The notes under the pieces were generated by a model. The model was not told where the DNA came from. It saw only the letters and a program-made list of their open reading frames with translations, and did no database searches. 64,000 nt of DNA from Planctomycetota bacterium (GTDB lineage Bacteria > Planctomycetota > UBA1135 > UBA2386): assembly GCA_965223545.1 (NCBI GenBank), contig OZ245006.1, forward strand, positions 6,784,001 through 6,848,000, written 5' to 3'. Below, one piece after another: positions 60,791 to 64,000 of the stretch (its first letter is position 1; each line of letters begins with the position of its first letter). Both the position numbers and the translations under genes were made by a program.

Positions 60791-60991
60791 CTCAGCGTGG
60801 CCGGGGCCGCAACCAAGCTCGGATGCCGCTCTCGCCGGAGCGGGTTGGAAGGTCTGACACATCCGCCGCCGCGCTGAGCGCAGACGCCAGTGTTGCTTTC
60901 GAGCCTCCGGGAGTTGCGGTATCGAAGTCTCGGCGACGACGGGCCTTCCGAAAGGTTGTTGCCGCTCGAACATTCTCGGACCCCGAGGCTG
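60791..60991. repeat. Structured intergenic repeat, copy 3 (module A + module B')
   Basis: 60791-60879 matches module A of copies 1 and 4; 60886-60991 matches copy 2 in reverse complement. Confidence 0.92.
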
Positions 60992-61034
60992 ATTGGACCG
61001 CGCGTGGGACCAAGATGGTCATGGGTGCATCGGG

Positions 61035-63203
61035 TCACTCGCCGATCACCAGGTCGACTGCGTTGGTCAGAGAGAGGCCAGACCTCGCAGCGGCGAGCAG
61101 CAGGGCCTGGCTGTAGAGCGGCTGTCCGAACAGGCTGGTCGAGACTGACACCGGGAGCGGGAACGTTGCGAACCCGGAGGCGTTGACTTGCGCGGGCGAT
61201 GTGTCGAGCAGCTGGCCGGGATCAACCAAGAGCAGACAGACGTCGTTGAACGGATGCGTGGCTGGCGCCCGTGACAGCAGCAGGGTCGCAGTACTGCCGC
61301 GCGTGCCCCCATGTACGTCCAGTGCAAACGACGGGTTGCCGATCGTCGGCCGGCCGAAAGCGTGCAGGGTCGGCGGGGTGGTCGACCGGGCGCAGCCGCG
61401 TCCACGCTGCGCGATCGCGGCGGCCGTGGTCGCCGCGTAGATCCAGGTGTCGGAGAGCAACGAGGGGGTGCCGGTGAAGCTACCGCCAAACAGCATCAAC
61501 CGGCCCCGCCCACGGTCGTAAGCCATGCTGTGTTGGTTTCGCGCGGGCGGGGAGGTCGCCGGGACGTGTGCCGTCCACACGGTGCCGTCCCATTCCCACG
61601 TGTCGTTCAGGTTGGAGCCGTTGGCGTGACCGCCGAACAGCACGACGCGCTCGATCGACGGGTCGTAGACCATGTCGAGACAGCACCGCGGCGACGGGTC
61701 GGGGCCGGTTGCCCGCTGGAGCCAAGTTGTGCCGTCCCATTCCCAGGTGTCGCCCAGCTTCTGCACCCTTCGGTCGTTGCCGCCGAAGATGACGACGCGC
61801 TGCCGCGAGGCATCGTACGCCATCGCGTGGTCGAAACGGGCCGGGGGAGATGACTGCGGCGTGCGCCGAGTCCAGGTCGTACCGTCCCACTCCCAGGTGT
61901 TGTTGGTCGCGTTGAACCCGCCGGTGCGTCCACCGAACAACACGACCCGCGCTCGCGCGGCGTCGTACACCATCGTGTGGTCCGAGAGACGGCCGGGCCA
62001 GGTTGGTGGACTCAGCTGGGACCATTGAGTGCCGTCCCACTCCCAGGTGTCGTCGATCGTGAAAGACGAAGTGTCGACTCCGCCGAACAGAACAATGCGC
62101 TGGCGCGCCTCGTCGTAGGCCATGGCGTGGGCCATTCGAACGGGCGGCTGCCGGCTGGGCTGGAGGCGCCACCAGCGGAGCCCGTCCCACGACCAGGTGT
62201 CGTTCTTGAACGAACCACCGAAGAGCACGATCCGGTCACTTGCCGTCGAGTACGCCATCGCGTGTCCCGAGCGGCCATTCGGGCTCGGAAAGGTCGCCGG
62301 AGTCCACGTGCGACCGTCGTACTCCCAAGTGTCCGACAACCAGCCTGCGGCGCCGCCACCGCAGAGTACGACACGCTGACGCGCAGCGTCGTAGACCATC
62401 GCCTGCGCCGACCGGCCGGACGGTGCGACGGCCGGGGATTGCTGCGTCCAGGTGGAGCCGTCGTACTCCCACGTATCGGCGAGGGCAGTCCCAGCAAAGC
62501 CACTACTGCGGCCGCCGAACAGCACCACGCGTCGCCGCGTGCTGTCGTAGGTCATGCTGAAGTAGCCGCGCGCGGCCGGTGTCGTCGACCCACCGACCTG
62601 CGTCCACGCGACGCCGTCCCACTCCCAGGTGTCGCCCAGCCCGTTGAGCGAAGCGTCGATACCGCCAAACAGAACGATCCGCTGGCGGTTCTCATCGTAG
62701 ACGAGCTGGTGGTAGCCGCGCGCAGGCGGACCCTGTGCCGCCAGCGCCCGCGTCCAGTTGGTGCCGTCCCACTCCCAGGTTTCTTCGACCGTGCTGCCGG
62801 TGTCACGGCCGCCGAACAACACGACGCGTTGTCGGGCGGCGTCGTAGGCCATGGCGTGCTGCCAGTAGATGGACGGAGATTGCGGGGGGTTGCGTTGCTG
62901 CCAAGCCACGCCGTCCCATTCCCACGTCTGCTGTTCTCCGTACAAGACGACCCGCCGGCGCGCCGAGTCGTAAGTCAAGGCGTAGTAGAACGTCTGTGGC
63001 ACGTTTGGCGAGAGTCGCTCGGTCCACGTCCGCCCGTCCCACTCCCAGGTCTCGTGCAGATTGAAGGAGCTGTCGAACAAGACGGTGCGTTGACGAGCGG
63101 AGTCGTACGCCATGGCACTCGTGGTGCGCAGCCGGGGCTTCTCCACCCACGTGGCCTGGGCGTGCAGGAGCGTTCCACCGAGAGCGAGCGCCGTCCCGGC
63201 CAT
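61035..63203 (-). CDS. Secreted Kelch-like repeat protein (~12 blades) with shared C-terminal domain
   Basis: Twelve ~50-aa repeats of MAYD..R.R.VLFGG..DTWEWDG; start uncertain (63203 or upstream to 63278). Confidence 0.9.
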   Translation of the reverse strand: MAGTALALGGTLLHAQATWVEKPRLRTTSAMAYDSARQRTVLFDSSFNLHETWEWDGRTWTERLSPNVPQTFYYALTYDSARRRVVLYGEQQTWEWDGVAWQQRNPPQSPSIYWQHAMAYDAARQRVVLFGGRDTGSTVEETWEWDGTNWTRALAAQGPPARGYHQLVYDENRQRIVLFGGIDASLNGLGDTWEWDGVAWTQVGGSTTPAARGYFSMTYDSTRRRVVLFGGRSSGFAGTALADTWEYDGSTWTQQSPAVAPSGRSAQAMVYDAARQRVVLCGGGAAGWLSDTWEYDGRTWTPATFPSPNGRSGHAMAYSTASDRIVLFGGSFKNDTWSWDGLRWWRLQPSRQPPVRMAHAMAYDEARQRIVLFGGVDTSSFTIDDTWEWDGTQWSQLSPPTWPGRLSDHTMVYDAARARVVLFGGRTGGFNATNNTWEWDGTTWTRRTPQSSPPARFDHAMAYDASRQRVVIFGGNDRRVQKLGDTWEWDGTTWLQRATGPDPSPRCCLDMVYDPSIERVVLFGGHANGSNLNDTWEWDGTVWTAHVPATSPPARNQHSMAYDRGRGRLMLFGGSFTGTPSLLSDTWIYAATTAAAIAQRGRGCARSTTPPTLHAFGRPTIGNPSFALDVHGGTRGSTATLLLSRAPATHPFNDVCLLLVDPGQLLDTSPAQVNASGFATFPLPVSVSTSLFGQPLYSQALLLAAARSGLSLTNAVDLVIGE

Positions 63204-63322
63204 GAGCCCGAAAGGGCTTCGAAAACGGAAGGGGGCTAGACGGGCCAACGAGGTCTCCTTGGTTGCGTGCCACACCAAGATATCAGGTTCATGCGAACCG
63301 GTGGTGATGGCGGCCGAGTTGT

Positions 63323-63540
63323 CTCAGCGCGGCCACGGCCGCAACCAAACTCGGATGCCGCTCTCGCCAGAGCGGTTTGGAAGGTCCGACCCATCCGCCG
63401 CCGCGCTGAGCCAGGAGGCACTGTCTCTCCGAGCCTCCGGCGCGGCGGCATTGTCGCCATGGCAGCGACGTCGCCTCGAAAATGTTGTCGCAGCTCGACG
63501 ACTCGAGGCGCCGGAGGCTCAGCGCGGCCGAGGCCGCAAC
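63323..63540. repeat. Structured intergenic repeat, copy 4 (A + B + second A interrupted at 63540)
   Basis: Colinear with 13550-13752; a second A start CTCAGCGCGGCCGAGGCCGCAAC stops abruptly at 63540. Confidence 0.92.
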
Positions 63541-63569
63541 GGTATGTGTGGTTCCATGATCTGCGAAGC

Positions 63570-63850
63570 TAGAGTTCTCCACACCCGTCGCGCCGTAGCG
63601 GTGTGGAAGACTCGCGCGATGGTGCAGCCGCAGGAGTCGTGTCGGGAGTCTGGTCATCGGCCGCAAGAGAGCTTAGGGTCCCCCGGCGTGCGACGGAGAG
63701 GTTTCGCGATCTGCCGCAATGGTGGCGCTTCGAGCGGCCCCTCATTTGGTTCTGCGACTCTCCTCCCGCGTGGGGGACCCGATTTAGGAGATTGGCGGCG
63801 TGAGAAATCACGGCCCCGAAACACGAACCGTTTTGGCGACTCGCCTCCTC
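63570..63850 (+). ncRNA. Putative IS110 bridge RNA
   Basis: 5' hairpin 63572-63613; stem GGGTCCCCC(63676-84)/GGGGGACCC(63772-80) enclosing an internal loop with GCCGCAA (63713-19) and TTTGGTT (63745-51); second domain AGGAG..CTCCT containing ACCGTT (63827-32). Boundaries approximate. Confidence 0.65.
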
Positions 63851-63914
63851 AGGCGGACTGCGCGGGTAGGGAGAGTCCTCTCGTCGACACTCACTCGTTG
63901 AACATGGAGGGGAC

Positions 63915-64000
63915 ATGAATCGATTCGTTGGATTGGATCTCGGCTTGAGGAGCAAGCACCGAGCCGTCGTTCTGGATGGTGCGAAGTCTCGGGGCAGACC
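63915..64000 (+). CDS. IS110-family recombinase/transposase, N-terminal 28 aa (partial)
   Basis: RBS GGAGGGG at 63906-63912; MNRFVGLDLGLRSKHRAVVLDGAKSRGR fits the IS110 RuvC-like first motif (VGLD..H.AVVLD). Confidence 0.75.
   Translation, partial: MNRFVGLDLGLRSKHRAVVLDGAKSRGR

Larger units (their letters stand above)
63538..64000 (+). mobile_element. IS110-family insertion sequence, left end (truncated by window)
   Basis: Abrupt junction inside a repeat, ~375-nt non-coding structured left end, then an ORF starting with an IS110 DEDD-like motif. Confidence 0.75.

Noticed and set aside
63658..63666. Second match CGGCCGCAA to the repeat target inside the IS left end
   Set aside because: No partner right-target guide across a hairpin that I could identify; may be chance in GC-rich DNA, though worth rechecking after folding.

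Overview
High-GC bacterial DNA, most likely from an uncultured Planctomycetota lineage (DUF1549 gene, ECF sigma-Ser/Thr kinase pair, sulfatase, mcsA-mcsB-clpC without ctsR, many secreted beta-rich proteins). The first ~37 kb is mostly housekeeping and envelope genes: a BlaI/BlaR1(M56) operon, a sensor kinase, an RlmN-like radical SAM enzyme, a nucleotide-sugar cluster (GT2-rfbF-rfbC-SDR-lhgO), patatin-ferredoxin, a B12 radical SAM enzyme, clpC/mcsB/mcsA, murD and tRNA-Ser(GCT). The region from ~37 to 64 kb is accessory-like, with secreted LamG, ELWxxDGT, FG-GAP and Kelch proteins that share a C-terminal domain, a duplicated two-gene module and two gene remnants. The most notable result is at the right edge. 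A family of ~200-bp structured, modular intergenic repeats occurs 4 times (13.55, 49.75, 60.79 and 63.32 kb). One repeat module is interrupted at 63540 by what looks like the left end of an IS110-family element: a ~375-nt structured non-coding region followed by a DEDD-type recombinase N-terminus at 63915. That non-coding region holds an internal-loop hairpin whose two strands match the left and right halves of the repeat's GCCGC-AA-CCAAA motif, as expected for a bridge RNA programmed to target this repeat family. All calls are by eye from sequence motifs; no database searches or folding programs were run.
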